Positions 9,509 to 21,711 of a stretch of DNA of 64,000 nucleotides are shown piece by piece. Under the pieces are notes generated by a model. That model was not told the origin of the DNA, ran no database searches, and saw only the letters and a program-made list of their open reading frames with translations. Where the stretch lies: positions 1,488,001 through 1,552,000 of the forward strand of contig OZ251237.1 in NCBI GenBank assembly GCA_965240325.2, written 5' to 3'. Source of the stretch: Rebecca billardiae RCC1528 (lineage: Eukaryota; Protista; Haptophyta). Numbering within the stretch: position 1 is the first letter of the stretch; each line of letters begins with the position of its first letter. A program made the position numbers and the translations under genes.

Positions 9509-12500
9509 TGACCGCGTTCCGCGGTCTTTTTCCGTAGAACGAACGTAGTTCGGGGCCCGCGGTGCACCCTCCGTCGGCTGCTGTCTCAGTCTGACATGTG
9601 TAACGACAGTTCGCCTGAGCTGCCACCGCCAACTCAGTCACTGCCGCCCACCGGGCCGGCGGGCCGAGGACTGTCGCCGCGGGCCGCCGCGGGGACTAGC
9701 GGCCGGCGCGCGCGCGCAGGCAGGGCGAGAGGCGCTGGCGCGTCGGCGCGAGCCGGCGCGTGCGCGCGAGCGGGCGCACCTGCTTGAGGTACTCGCCCTG
9801 CGCCATGCGCTCGACGACGGGCCGCTGGTCGCTCGTGCCGGCAGAGCGAGAGCGCGCGCCACTGCTGGCCCCGGCCTGCCGGCTGCGCAGCCTCGCACCG
9901 AGACCGACCGAGCGGAGCTCGGGGCGGTGGAACGAGGCGAGCGGCGTGTCGCGCCTGCCGCCGCGCGTGCGCGCCTGCTCCACCGCGCCGCCGTGCTCGC
10001 CCGCCGCCTCCTCCGCCGCGTCGGCCTCGAAGACGGCGGCTGCCAGCGGCAGGCTGAGCCGCGCGCGACTCACTCACACTGTGAGTCACACCCGCGGTCG
10101 CCTCGACAGCCATCTATCCACAGCTGCTCGAGCTGCTGGAGGGCGCCGCGACGATGGCAGCGCGGGCGCCCAGCGCGTCCGTTGCCGCGTCGCTCAGCTC
10201 GTCGAGCTCGGCGCCGCACTTCGCCAGCTTGGCGCCTAGCGCCTCCGCGTGTCACGTGCTCGTGCACGTCAGCCTGCTGATACTCCGCGGGTAACGCCGC
10301 CGCCCATCGGCACTTCTGGCATCTGCGCGCGCAGCTGCTGCAGCTCGACGGCGGAGTCGTCGCGGCTGGCGGCGAGGGTGCGCACCGCGTCGCCACTGGG
10401 GACACGGCACCCAGGGTCGGAGAAAATCGGCGCGCCTTTTATTTCCGCCTTGCATTTATTCAGCCGCGCGCTGCGCGGCGGACGCGCGCGTCTCGGGCGA
10501 GCGGGCGACGGCGCCGCGCTCCCGTGCGTGTGGACGATCCCGCGAGCGCAGAGCCGGCGAGCTAGGCTGGGCAGTCGTGCTGAAGTGCCATTCGCCGCTT
10601 CGCGCCGCGCATCGCATTCGGCTGTACTTGCCTCGGGCCAGCACTTGTCTGTGCACACCGCCACACGGCCAGCCCGTCGCCCGCGTGCGCCATGCGAGGC
10701 GAGACACACACGGAGCATGCGCTTCCGCGCGGCGAGGCCTACGCTGTACGCACTGCGCTACCTTGCGCCGCCGCGCATGAGCGCGGGTCCGAACAGCTGC
10801 GTTCAGGTGTGCTGATTGCATCATTCATACGAGCCGATTGGTCGAACAAGCGCTCTGGCCCGACGATGACGTTGCAGCGCACGCCATGCTGATATGCGGT
10901 GACGCGGAGCATGTGCGCTCGCGCGGAGTGGCCACACGCGTGACCGCTGTCCAGCTCTGCCCCGGCATTGAACTCCCTGACTCGTGCTCCGACGTCAATC
11001 TTGGCCCGAGCTAGTACGTGCATGTATGCGTGCTGATGCAGAATATACCTGAACGAGGCCCATGATGGCCTGCCTGCGTGTATGTGCCTCCTCGGATGAC
11101 ACGGCGCGTGTATGAATGTGTGTATACTACCTTGTCAAGCAGTAGCTCACGTCTGGACGTTCGTGTCGAACTTGACGGTGCGCATCGTGCACACACGGTC
11201 AGCCTTGATAGACGCACCCGTGCAGCCGGAAGGCAGCATCAGCCTGCCTAAGACGTGAGCATCCAGCCCCGACGCCGCTTCCGGTGCCTGAATGGCGCGC
11301 GCTCCTTTCACGCGGGAATGTGCTCACTACATCACTATCCAGAAGGGCGCATGTCCGTGCTTTGCATGCTCACATGACCCTCGCCGTAGGTCGATGCCAA
11401 CCGCTGCGTGATGCTCGATCATGCCTTTTGACGGCTGTGTGACCCGTGCAGATGCGTATGCCAGGCAGCGTACTGTGACGAGCGATGACGCGTGCATAAA
11501 CTACCTGGACATTGCCCAGTGCAACCAAGTGCCGGACGCCGACGCCGCTGCTCGCGGCACGCGTGCAGTCAGCCGAGGAATGCACACAACTTCCTTGTTG
11601 GTGCGGCGCACGCGATGGCCTGAGGCGCGGCGGATGCAGTGATTCCGAACGGCGAGCGGTGGAACGACGCAAATGGCTGCTCTTCAGCCGCGCTCAACCA
11701 CGCGCACCGCCTTCGCGGGCACGCAACTACCGCAGGAGGGCGCGCAGTCGGCGCCCATCTCGCCCCTCCAGCGCCGCCCAGCGCGCTGTCAAGCGCAGCC
11801 GCCAGCGGCAGAGGTTGGTGGTGCTCTGACGGCATCACCAACATATTCGGAAAAGAAAATCCCCACCCGAAATTCCTGCGCCCAGTGGTTGCCGAGGCCT
11901 GCAGCCCGGTGATCGCCGCGTCGACGCGCGCGGCGATTTCCCCACGCAGCTCCTCGCGCCACGTGGCCGCCGCTCGCGTGCAGGCAGCTGGGCGCCGCTG
12001 CGCGACCCGGAACCGGCGCGCGTTTCACTGATGCTCCTGCTCGTCCTCACGCTGCTGCACCTCCGCGCCGCCGTCGACCGAGTTGAGGAGGAGCTCGCGC
12101 TCAGCGTCGAGGCGCGAGCTCGCGTGCTTGAGCTCGCCCTTCAGCCGCGCGAGCTCCGGGCGCATCCGGCTCATCAGCTGGCTGCCGCGCCGCTCGCTCG
12201 GCGGTCGCTCTGCTCCGGGCGGCGAGCGACGAGCTCGCGTGCTCCGGACTCGGCTCGCCCTTGCGCGCTGCTCGTCGAGTGACGAACGCGCCCGCGGGCA
12301 GGCTGTTGCCCGTCGCCCCCGCCGCGATCTCGCCGCCCCCGCCGCGATCTCGTCGCGCATGCTCCGTGCGCAGCGCGACGCAACTGGTGCGCGCGCTCCG
12401 TGTCTGGCGCGCGCCTAGTAGCGGCAGCGAGGCCTGTTAAGTGACTATGCTTGTTTTACTATGGTCATGTGCTTATTTACTATGGTCACAGTCTACCCAC

Positions 12501-12754
12501 AATTACCCACCCTCGCACACTTGGACGTGGGTTTCGTTGATTCCTCTGACTATCAAAAGAGCGGACGCGCCCATTTCTCGCTGCAATGGATGTCTCTTGC
12601 GGTCTCAAAATTCGAAACTCGGTCTCCTCCAGCCCTGAAAATCGTCCCCGCCCATGGCCCATCCCTTTTTCTTTGATCAAAGATCTTTTTGAAACGTGGT
12701 TAGGGCCCACGGAGCGGGCTCCACGCTGCGCGCTCCGCCCTGCACCGCGGGCCA
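9509..12754 (-). mobile_element. Asymmetric-end element copy E2 (3.2 kb, with decayed coding cargo)
   Basis: Reverse complement of the left end at ~12600-12754. Reverse complement of the right end (TGACCGCGTTCCGCGGTC...GGCCCGCGGTGCACCCTCC) at 9509-9575. Confidence 0.8.
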
Positions 12755-13988
12755 TAAATAATAAGTGCTAACTATAGAGCGCAGATTAAGCTGCTAGAGT
12801 ATAGTAGTCCGATCCGACCCGAGTCACAGGCGCGATCTGACCGCCGTCACTAAGACTCCGACTGCTCCCACGGCGGCGGCATCCCGGACCGACTGCTTCG
12901 GTCCCGTGTGTGTGACCCCCGCCGTGACAGTGTCCGACGAGGCCGCGAGCGGCACGGGGCTTATTAGACGTGGTCGTCACGCCAGCCGTACGATTAGATA
13001 AGTTGGCGGCCCGTACGGTGCGTGCTGCCGCTCAGTAATCAGTCCGATTTAATCAGCAGTATGCCTACAGCTAGTATACTGGCTACGCCAGCCAGACTTG
13101 GGCGCACTCCGCAGGCGCAGCCGCCGCAGGCGGCGGCGCGCACGCCCGCCTGCACCCGGGCCGGCGGGCCGCGGCCGCGGCGGCGCGGCGCCGTGAGCGA
13201 CCCGCGGGGGCCGACCGTCTGATGATGATATTGATGGCAGCCTAGCTCGCTCGTCCTCATAGCCTATATCCGTGTCAGATCTCAGTCGGACTACGGTAGT
13301 TATTAGTACTCCGCCGCAGCACGCCGCGCCACTGCTTGCTAGCTCTGGACTGGAGGCTACTCACTCCGTGCTAATTATCATCATCATTGAGATAGTAGAC
13401 TTAGAGTCGGCTCCCGCGGACGCGGACGCGGGACGGCGGCGGCTGCTGCTGTGAGTGTTACGAGTGCTGAGGCTCGGCCCGACGGCCCGTCGGCCCGAGT
13501 CTGACCTCGGGACTCGGGAGTCGGGCGAGGCTCATCAGGACTCAAGCTGCCACGCCCACAGTGTCAGTGAGCATGTGACTTTTGACGAGTGGGCTGAAGG
13601 CCCTGCTGCCGCTGGTAAGTGGTAACGTCCGCTCAGGGGCCCGTGAGTCGTGACGACTACTATATCGCCATAGTATGCCATAGTGAAGTAGCAGTCGCAT
13701 AGCTTAACATAAGGCCTGAGTCGTCAAGTCCCGGGCGCCGAACGGTCCGACTGACTGAGTCTACTCCGAGGGCAACTTCTGATTGCTTGCAACCGGCGCG
13801 TCCGGCGCCGCGCGACTCGACCGTCAGTCCTGAGAGCCGAGGCCGAGGCCGAGGCCGTGCACCGGCGGCTGGCGACGGTGCTCTACCGGTCATCCATTCA
13901 CCATTGCTCTCTGACGACCGTCGGCGGCAACGGGCGAGGGCACGAATGGGGTCCGCACGCTCTGAGTGCATGCAGCCCGACACTTGAA

Positions 13989-14424
13989 TCACCGGCCGCA
14001 CGCCGGGCGCGGTGGCAGTGCGTGGGGCAGTTGCTGAGAAGACTGCGCGAATCCCACGCCGGATGCTGATGCGGCAGCGGCCGGGTCAGGGACGTACCCC
14101 AGCTGTCGGAGAATGCTGTCCACGTCGGTTCGCTTCACAAGAGCGAGCATGCTGCCGAGCGCCTCGTCCTTGGCCGCCATGGTCGCCGATGGGTCGAGCA
14201 CGCGCTCGGCGAGCTCCTGCACGCGCTGCTGATCACGCTCGCTGCGCGCACGGGAGGGGCACGCGCGCGCGCAGGACCGGCCTGAGTGCGCGCACGATGC
14301 GCCCACCACGCCGCCCGCAACCCTGCAAGATCTGGGCGCGCGCCGAGCGGAGGCAGCGGTGGCGAACACGCGCGCACCTGAGGACCCTGCGCAGCGCATC
14401 AAGAGTCTGCGCGTCCTGCCTGCT

Positions 14425-14455
<31 letters not shown>

Positions 14456-16329
14456 CGCTGCTGTGCATCCTGCTTGCTGGGCGCTGCGCCCGCCGCCCCT
14501 CCCGCAGGCGCTGCTGGCCGTTGCCGCGGGTCCGCCGGGCCTGCTCCGCTGACCGCCGTTGCCTCCGCGCGCCGCTGCGGGACCGATTCCTCGACGATCG
14601 AGGACGTCGGCGTCATGTAGGCCCCGCCGCCGCCGCCGCCACCGCCACCGCCACCGCCACCGCCTGCGGCGGCGCCCTTTGCTCCCGCGTCCGGCCTTTT
14701 GCGCGGGTCACTCAACGCAGCGGCGAGCTGCGCATCCACTGGCACCGCCGCCGGCTGTCGCGGCGCCGCGGTGTCGGGCGAGGCGCTGCCTACGGTCTGC
14801 GGCTCAGGCGGCGGCGGCGTGGGCGCTGCCGCGGCGGTGCCGTTCTGCGGGCGGCGGCGCGGGTCTTGCGGCGGATCCGCCGCCGGGTCGGGCCCTTCCG
14901 CGCTCCTCTGGCTTCGCCTCGGGTCGGCGCGCGGATCAACGCGCGGCTCCTCAACCGCTGCTGCTGCGGGCTGCGGCGCCGACGGCGGCAGCGGCGCAGC
15001 GCCCGGCACGGCCGCGCCCGACGGCCACGCCGCGACCTCGACAGCGCCCGGTGGAAGCGATGGCGCAGGCTCATCGGGCTGCGGCGGCGGCAGCTGAAGC
15101 CGCGGCCAGGCGTGATCCGCCTCGGCCACGCGCTCGCACCTGAACACGGACTCAAGCAGCCAGTTGGGCGTCACAGTCGGAATCCCGACGCTCTGAGCCT
15201 TCTCCAGCGTCCCCGTCCATGGCCGGCCCGAGATCACGTGTGTGACTGACTGGTCGAACTCCATGAGGCAGGAGGCGCCGTAGCGCTGCGCGCGCGGGAT
15301 GCGGGCGGGCGGGGCGATGGGCGGGCGGGGCGGAGCGCTGGGCATCGGCATGGAGGCGGTGCGGCGGCTCGCACGCCGCCAGCGCAGCGCTCGCAGCCAG
15401 CCAGCCGCGGCCTCTGCGTGGCGCAGCGGCCAGCCGCGTGAGAGCGAGGGCGCGCGCGCGGCGCGTACGACGGCCAGCCTCCACAGCGGCATGTCCTCCG
15501 CCTCGTTGCGGTCACCTATCAATCCGCCCGAGAACACGACGACCACGTTCTGCAGCACGCTCAGCCGCACAGACTCGACGGCCTCCGCGACCGGCGCGCG
15601 CGGCTCCCGCTGCTGGACGCGCGCGAGCACCTTTGGCAGCGCGCGCTCGAGCATGTGCTCGAGCTGGTGGTCGTTGCGCTGGTCGACGTGCACGAAGTTC
15701 TCGATGGTGCGCATCGCGCCCTGCATGAGCGAGGGCATGCCGTCCACCTTGAAGAAGTGGAACGGGCGCACGAGCAGGACGCACCGCCGCGCGGCCTCCT
15801 CCCAGATGTCATCTCGGTCGTCGAGGATGATCACACGATGCCGCCGCTCCTCGCCTACGAGCAGGCTGAGCCGCTTGACCGGCTCGCCCTCGGTGCGCGA
15901 GCAGACGCGATCGCCGAAGAAGCGTCGGTCCGGATCGATGATCCGCAAGATCTCCTTCGTGTACCCCTCGGAGCCGTGGGTATACACCGCGAGATCGAAC
16001 AACTCGTGCGCGCGCTCAAGGAAGGAGCGTAAGCCGTTGCGCAGCTTCACCTGGTACTTGTACCGGATGCCACCGGTGCCGCGCTCTGCGGGGACCTCGA
16101 ACTGCTGCACGTCGCTCATCAGGTCCTCGTACTCCTGCTCGGGCAGCGCGCCGACCGGCGCCGAGTGCACGATCGTGTTGTCGATGTCAAGGACAAGGCA
16201 CAGGCGCGGCGGGCTGCGCGGGTCGACGCTCGCCGCCTTCGGCGTGGGCTGACCAAGGTCGTCGCGGTGCAAGGGGCTGCGCTTTCGGCCGCGCTGCTCT
16301 GCCGGGCCACCCTCGGCGACGCTGAGCAT
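13989..16329 (-). CDS. FCP1: RNA polymerase II CTD phosphatase FCP1/CPL-like (FCPH + BRCT; 2 introns)
   Basis: LVLDIDNTIVHS (DxDxT), VKLRNGLRSFL, VIILDDRDDIW, and BRCT motifs VVVVFSG...VTHVI...VTPNWL. Introns 15286-15468 and 14242-14377. Confidence 0.9.
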
Positions 16330-16587
16330 CGCCTCCGCCGGGACCGTGCGGCCCCCCCGCCGCTGTTCCCTCTGCTGGCGAGCGGCGCCACGGATCGCTG
16401 CCCAAGGACTGCGGCCGAGGCGGCGGCGGAGGTCTGCAGCGGCGCACAGGGAAGCCGCCGCTTGAGCATGTGTCCGGGAGATCGGCGCCTCGGCCGGCTC
16501 GTCGCCGGACTTGAACTTGTGAAAGTCCGACGAGCGAGCGCTGAGAGGGAAGCCGCGTGTCACTGCCACTTCTCGAGCGCGCCCGTA

Positions 16588-17433
16588 ATGGCCGCGCCGT
16601 CGCGCTTCGCCGATCTGCCCAACCCGGGCAAGCTGGAGGAGATCCAGAAGGAGGCGAAGGCGATCCTTGCGCTCGACATCTTCGATGGCGCGCGGTTCGA
16701 GATCAACAAGGGCCTCAACCAGAACTTTGCGGTCACGCACAACGTGTGGATGGGCTCGAGCGTCATGCCGCCCTCGTACGAGTTTGGGGCGAACGTGGGC
16801 GACGAGAAGACGCTGCTGGCGAGCCGGGTCGATCACAACGGGAGGGTCAACGCACGCGTGCAGTACGCCCTCACGCCGAATGCGGCGGTGCGTGGGATCG
16901 CGAGTGTGTCGGGCGAACGCGCGCAGGACAGCCTGCAGCTTGACCTCGACCTGAAGGGAGCACACAGCATGTCGGGGCTGAGGTACATGTCGGGCGGCGT
17001 CGTGATGGCAACGTACATGCAGAGCGTCACGCCGAGCCTGGCCCTCGGCTCGGAGCTCTTCTACCACCACGGCCGGACCATCACCGGCCTGCACGGCGCC
17101 CTCAAGTACGGACCGCCCGAGCGCGTCTTCACGGCAAAGGCCGGCTCGTTCGGCAACCTCGAGCTGTCGTACGCGCACAAGGTGAACGAGAAGGTGGGCT
17201 TCGCGGCGGAGATGCAGTACTACCACGCGCAGGTGTGCTCCTTCGGCATCGGCTCCGAGTTCAAGCTGCGGCAGGCGACGTACAAGGGGCTGATCACCTC
17301 GGACTGCACCGTCGCTGCCACGCTCGAGGAGAAGGTCGTGCCCGGGATCGCGAGCTTCATCCTCTCCGGCCAGATCAACCACAAGAAGAAGGACTACAAG
17401 TTTGGCTTCGCGCTCGCGCTTGGCGCGTCCTGA
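16588..17433 (+). CDS. TOM40: Mitochondrial import channel Tom40
   Basis: LPNPGKLEEIQKE, FDGARFEINKGLNQNFAVTH, YMQSVTPSLALG and the C-terminal beta-signal DYKFGFAL. Intronless. Confidence 0.95.
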   Translation: MAAPSRFADLPNPGKLEEIQKEAKAILALDIFDGARFEINKGLNQNFAVTHNVWMGSSVMPPSYEFGANVGDEKTLLASRVDHNGRVNARVQYALTPNAAVRGIASVSGERAQDSLQLDLDLKGAHSMSGLRYMSGGVVMATYMQSVTPSLALGSELFYHHGRTITGLHGALKYGPPERVFTAKAGSFGNLELSYAHKVNEKVGFAAEMQYYHAQVCSFGIGSEFKLRQATYKGLITSDCTVAATLEEKVVPGIASFILSGQINHKKKDYKFGFALALGAS

Positions 17434-17903
17434 GCGCTGGCGGCCCCGCCGATGTCGCCGCGCGGAGTCCGCGGGGCGACCGTGGGCAACCCTGCAAAAG
17501 GGGCCCGCGCGCGTGGTGGCGTGGCGACAGCTTTGCGCACGCGGCCGCCCATCTCCTCGGTATGAGATGCGCCCGGCTGCTCGAGTCGGCGCGCACCCTC
17601 CTGCGCATCGCAGGTCTCGTCAGCGTCACCGCAGCTGCCGCGTTGTGTGACGACGCTGTTCTCGAGCCGCTGGTCACCGCAGATGAACTGCTGACATTGC
17701 CCGGCGGCGGCTTTGGTGCGGCCGCAGCAGCCCGCAGCTGACCTGCTGACCTGACAGGCCCGCAGGGCGCCTCCCAGGAGCCGTTGCTCGTTGAGCACGA
17801 TTCGTGGCGCCTTTGCCACGCCCACGCAGCAGCCCGACGACATGACATATACGCGCCTGTAACATATTATACATAGATGGCATCAGTTTCAAATACACGA
17901 CGA

Positions 17904-19805
17904 TTAGTCCGCCGCGGTGCCCGCGTTGTCGGTGTCCGATGTCACCGAATCCGATGCCTCGCAAGCTTCCTGCCCGCCCTGGGTGTCGCTGTCGCTCTCG
18001 GCTGTACGGCGCCGCCGCGAGGAGCCGTTTGCACCAGCTGTCTTGGCGCCGGCCTTCTTCTTCACGCCCTTGCCAGGCTGCGTCGCCTTCCGCCTTGAAC
18101 CGCCCGCACCCGCGCGCGACACGCGGCTGGCGGTTGCGACGGTTGCGCGCGGTGGAGGCTCGGGAGCGGCTGCGGCGGCGCTACCCGACTGCTCGCCAAG
18201 TCGGAGCTCCTGCTCGTGGATGCGGGCCTCCATCTCGCGCAGCTGCGCCGCGTGCGCCCGGCGCACCGCCTCCACCTCGGCGCCGAGCTGCGCGCGCAGC
18301 TGCTCCAGCCGCTGGTCCTTGCCCTCCCGGCTCTCGGCGAGCCGTCGGCTCTGCCTGCGCGCATCCTCCTGCGCGTCGGACAGCTGCGAGCGGAGGTCGT
18401 CGATCAGCCGCCGGCTGTCCTCGGCGTCGCGCGCGGCGTCCTCGCGCGCGCGCGCGAGCTGCTCGTGCTCTGTGCGCTGCTGCGCGCTCAGCGCCTCGTG
18501 CCACCGCCGCAGCTTGCTCAGCTCCGCACCGAGCGCGGTCGCGTTCGCGCGAGAGGCCTTGAGGCGCGACTGCAGCGCCCTCAGCTTGCGCTGTGCACTC
18601 GGGCCCGCGCCCGCGCTCGCGCCGCCGCCGCTTGAGGCGCGTGCATCCTCGCTCGGCGCGTCGTCGTCGGCGTCGGGCAGAGCGCCGCCGGCGGGCCCGG
18701 ACTCAGCGCGCGCGGGCGCGGGCGCGCTCGCCGCCGCCGCGGAGATGCCGCTCACGGGCGCTTCTGCGGGCGCTTCTGCGGGCGCTTCTGCGGGCGCGCC
18801 CGCGGGCGCGTCTGCGCGCGCGGCCTCGGCCGCGCGAGCGCCGGCGGCGCGCGCGTCCTCGAGCTCAGCCTGGAGGGAGGCGAGCGCGGCCGACGAGCGA
18901 TCGTGCGCGGCGGCAGCAGCGCTCCGCGTCTCGTTCAGCTCCGCCTCGAGCGCGGCGATCTCGCCGGCGCTCGAAGCGCGCGCCGCTTCGAGCTCGGCGC
19001 GTGCCTCGGCGAGCGCGGCGGCGGAGCGCGTGCCGTTGCGCTCGGCAGCGGCGCGCGTCTCGTTGAGCTCAGCCTCGAGCGCGGCGGTCGCGGCGGTGCT
19101 CGAGGCGCGCAGCTCGTCGAGCTCGGCCTCGAGCGCGGCCACCGCACACGCGGAGCGGTTCTGCTCCGCCGCGGCGGCCGCGCGCGTCTCGTTCAGCTCC
19201 GCCTCGACCGCAGCGACGGCGGCAGCGCGGAGGGAGCGCGCGTCGTCCAGCTCAGCCTCGAGCGCACGCAGCGCGGCGGCGGTGCGCTCGAGCTCGGCGG
19301 TGCTGTTCCGGCGCGCGGCGTCGAGTTGCGCCTGCAGCGCAGCCACCGCCTCGGCCGAGCCCTCCGCGCGCAGCGCCTCCAGCTGGCCGTGCAGCTGCGC
19401 GATCGAGCCGTCGCGCTGCACGAGCGCCGCCTGTAGGTCGTACGCTCGGCGCGAGAGCGTGCGGGCGTCCTCGGCGCGGGCCTCGGCGGTGCGCCTGGCC
19501 ATTTCGAGGTCGCGCGCGTGCTGCCGGATCAGCTCGAGCACGCGCTCCTTGCGCGCGCCGAACGGCGAGCTGAAGATGTGCTGCACCACGCGCTCCTCAT
19601 CCGAAGCGTGCGCGGCAGCACCGGCGGCCGGCTGGCGCTGGGGGTGGTGCGGCTGGGCGCTCTGCGGCGAGAAGGCGGCGCCGAGATCGATGAGTCCACT
19701 GCGGCGGTCCGCGCTGGACGCCTCGCCGCCGCTCGCCAGGCACGCGAGCAGCACGGCGCTCACGCGCCGCATCCCCACACGGCGCGTCGACATCATCGAC
19801 GGCAT
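17904..19805 (-). CDS. Putative secreted coiled-coil protein
   Basis: Hydrophobic leader VSAVLLACLASGG, heptad repeats (AALEAELNETRAAA)n with N-glycosylation sequons, GC3-biased codons. Exact start uncertain. Confidence 0.7.
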   Translation of the reverse strand: MPSMMSTRRVGMRRVSAVLLACLASGGEASSADRRSGLIDLGAAFSPQSAQPHHPQRQPAAGAAAHASDEERVVQHIFSSPFGARKERVLELIRQHARDLEMARRTAEARAEDARTLSRRAYDLQAALVQRDGSIAQLHGQLEALRAEGSAEAVAALQAQLDAARRNSTAELERTAAALRALEAELDDARSLRAAAVAAVEAELNETRAAAAAEQNRSACAVAALEAELDELRASSTAATAALEAELNETRAAAERNGTRSAAALAEARAELEAARASSAGEIAALEAELNETRSAAAAAHDRSSAALASLQAELEDARAAGARAAEAARADAPAGAPAEAPAEAPAEAPVSGISAAAASAPAPARAESGPAGGALPDADDDAPSEDARASSGGGASAGAGPSAQRKLRALQSRLKASRANATALGAELSKLRRWHEALSAQQRTEHEQLARAREDAARDAEDSRRLIDDLRSQLSDAQEDARRQSRRLAESREGKDQRLEQLRAQLGAEVEAVRRAHAAQLREMEARIHEQELRLGEQSGSAAAAAPEPPPRATVATASRVSRAGAGGSRRKATQPGKGVKKKAGAKTAGANGSSRRRRTAESDSDTQGGQEACEASDSVTSDTDNAGTAAD

Positions 19806-20083
19806 CGTGGGTTCGGCCCAGCACCGGACTTTCTCAGGTCCTGAACTTGGAGGCTGCAGCTGGCGCTAGCGCATCACGTGGCGGCGGAGCTGCCATCGCG
19901 GAGACAGCGCGGGGCCACTCGCGTATGAGCGAGTCGCTCAAGTCGCGCGACGATCTGCCACCCCAGCACAAAGGGCTCACGGTCCAGCCCGTGTCCACTC
20001 TGTACCCGACCGTCGGCGACTCGCCGTCCGGGCCGTACCGCTCGCCCGAAGCGGGCGCAAAGAGCGCAGAGCAGGAGCGCAAG

Positions 20084-20755
20084 ATGGCGGACGAGCGAAG
20101 GGACGCTGCGCGCGCGGCGGTTGCCGAAGGGGCAGACGAGGAGCGGGAGGGCGAGAAGGCGGCGGGCGGCAGCCCGTCCGTCGCGCCGGCCGCGGCGGGC
20201 ACGCTGCCCCCCGGGCCGCACCCGCTCCAGACCGGCTGGGCGCTCTGGGAGCACAGGGCAGCCGACGGCCAGAGCAGGACGTACGAGGAGAACATGGCGA
20301 AGCTCGTCGAGTTCGCGACGGTGGAGGACTTCTGGCGGGCGTGGAACAACGTGCCCAAGCCGTCCGACATCTTCTTCGACGGCAAGTCGCACAAGAAGGT
20401 GGGCGAGCGCATGATCGAGTCGCTCTCGCTCTTCAAGGCGGGCATCAAGCCGGAGTGGGAGGACAAGGCGAACCGCACGGGCGGCGAGTGGTTCGTGCGC
20501 AAGGCGCTGCCGCTGCCCTTCCTCGACGACGTGTGGACGAAGCTGGTGCTCGGGATGATCGGCGAGACGCTCGACTCCGGCGACGAGATCACCGGCGCGC
20601 GCGTCGTCGACAAGTCCGCCAAGGGCAAGACGATCTACCGGCTCGAGCTCTGGTTCCGCACAAAGGCGGCAATGGAGGACCTCAAGAAGGCGTTGCACGA
20701 CGCGCTCAACGACCCGAAGAAGCCGTTCGCGTGGGAATTCCGCTCGCACTCGTGA
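20084..20755 (+). CDS. eIF4E: Translation initiation factor eIF4E family cap-binding protein
   Basis: HPLQTGWALW, FATVEDFW, LFKAGIKPEWED, GGEW, ITGARV and RLELW. Confidence 0.95.
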   Translation: MADERRDAARAAVAEGADEEREGEKAAGGSPSVAPAAAGTLPPGPHPLQTGWALWEHRAADGQSRTYEENMAKLVEFATVEDFWRAWNNVPKPSDIFFDGKSHKKVGERMIESLSLFKAGIKPEWEDKANRTGGEWFVRKALPLPFLDDVWTKLVLGMIGETLDSGDEITGARVVDKSAKGKTIYRLELWFRTKAAMEDLKKALHDALNDPKKPFAWEFRSHS

Positions 20756-21711
20756 GCGCGCACGCCGCCGCGCGCACGCCGCCGCGCCGCCGCTCGCCGC
20801 GCTCGCCGCGCAGCTCTGCCACCGGCGCGGCGCGACGCGGAGCGCGCGGGCCGACGCGCGCGGCCCGCGGCACCAGCCAGGGGCCGCCCGTAGCGGCTGG
20901 GCCACAGGGCCAGCGCGCTCGCGTTGCCCCCGAAGGTGGTGGCACCGAGCTGCCTGCCGGCCATCCCTGCCATCCGTATTGACGGCTCCAGCCGTGGACT
21001 CGACCGTCGCCCCCCCGTGAAATCGTCACCGCGCGCAGCTCGACAGCGGACAGGCTCAGTCACTGACATTGGGCCGCCGGCCGAAGCATGCACAGGCTGG
21101 ACGATCGGGCCTGAGCCCTGACGGCGGGTCGCGGCATGACTATGCGCCAGGCCCCGCCCCGGTGCCGTGCTTTTTGGCCGCCCTAGTAAGTACTACTGTT
21201 AGTGCGCAGTCAGTGAATTCTTGAGTCAGCGACTACTGACACTTGACAGTTCAGACAGTAGCGCTTGAGTGATGACTCGGAGTGAGGCTTGAGTCAATTA
21301 ACGCCTTGAGCGCAGTCGGCCCGCCTCGGGGCGACTCGGGCGGCGCCCCTGCCCGGGCCCGGCCGCCGGCCCGGCCGGGGCTCGGCCTGATGACTGTGGC
21401 CAGCCGGCAGCGCCGCCGCCCCGGCCCCGGGCCGGGGCGCAGCCTGCGGCTTCGGGTGAGGGTCTGCTGTCTCAGTCTTCGGAGCGCCACTCAGACTGGC
21501 CCGATGTCGATGACTGGCGCCGATGACGCCCACTGGCAGCATTCGGTTAACGGGCGTGAGCCTGGTGGCACGGCTGGCACGCGCCGCGGCCGTCGGGTCA
21601 CGTGCGCGACGGTCCGCGTCCGGCCACCGTCACTCACCATGTCGCGGCACTGTCCGATCGCCGCCTCAGCGATCGGATGCCAGTAGTTATTGTGAGTCCG
21701 GGAATCACCGG

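Noticed and set aside
2705-12754. One 10-kb TIR transposon bounded by the inverted left ends of E1 and E2
   Set aside because: Each left end has its own right end (4375, 9509), E3 confirms the left-right pairing, and the enclosed genes are ordinary host genes.
9509-12754. Fanzor/TnpB or Rep-helicase remnant inside E-family copies
   Set aside because: No RuvC, zinc-finger, HUH or PIF1 motifs were recognised by eye. A profile-HMM search would be needed.
14233-17382. Single 1049-aa ORF
   Set aside because: The N-terminal third is the antisense of TOM40 and it reads through introns. The real FCP1 starts near 16329.
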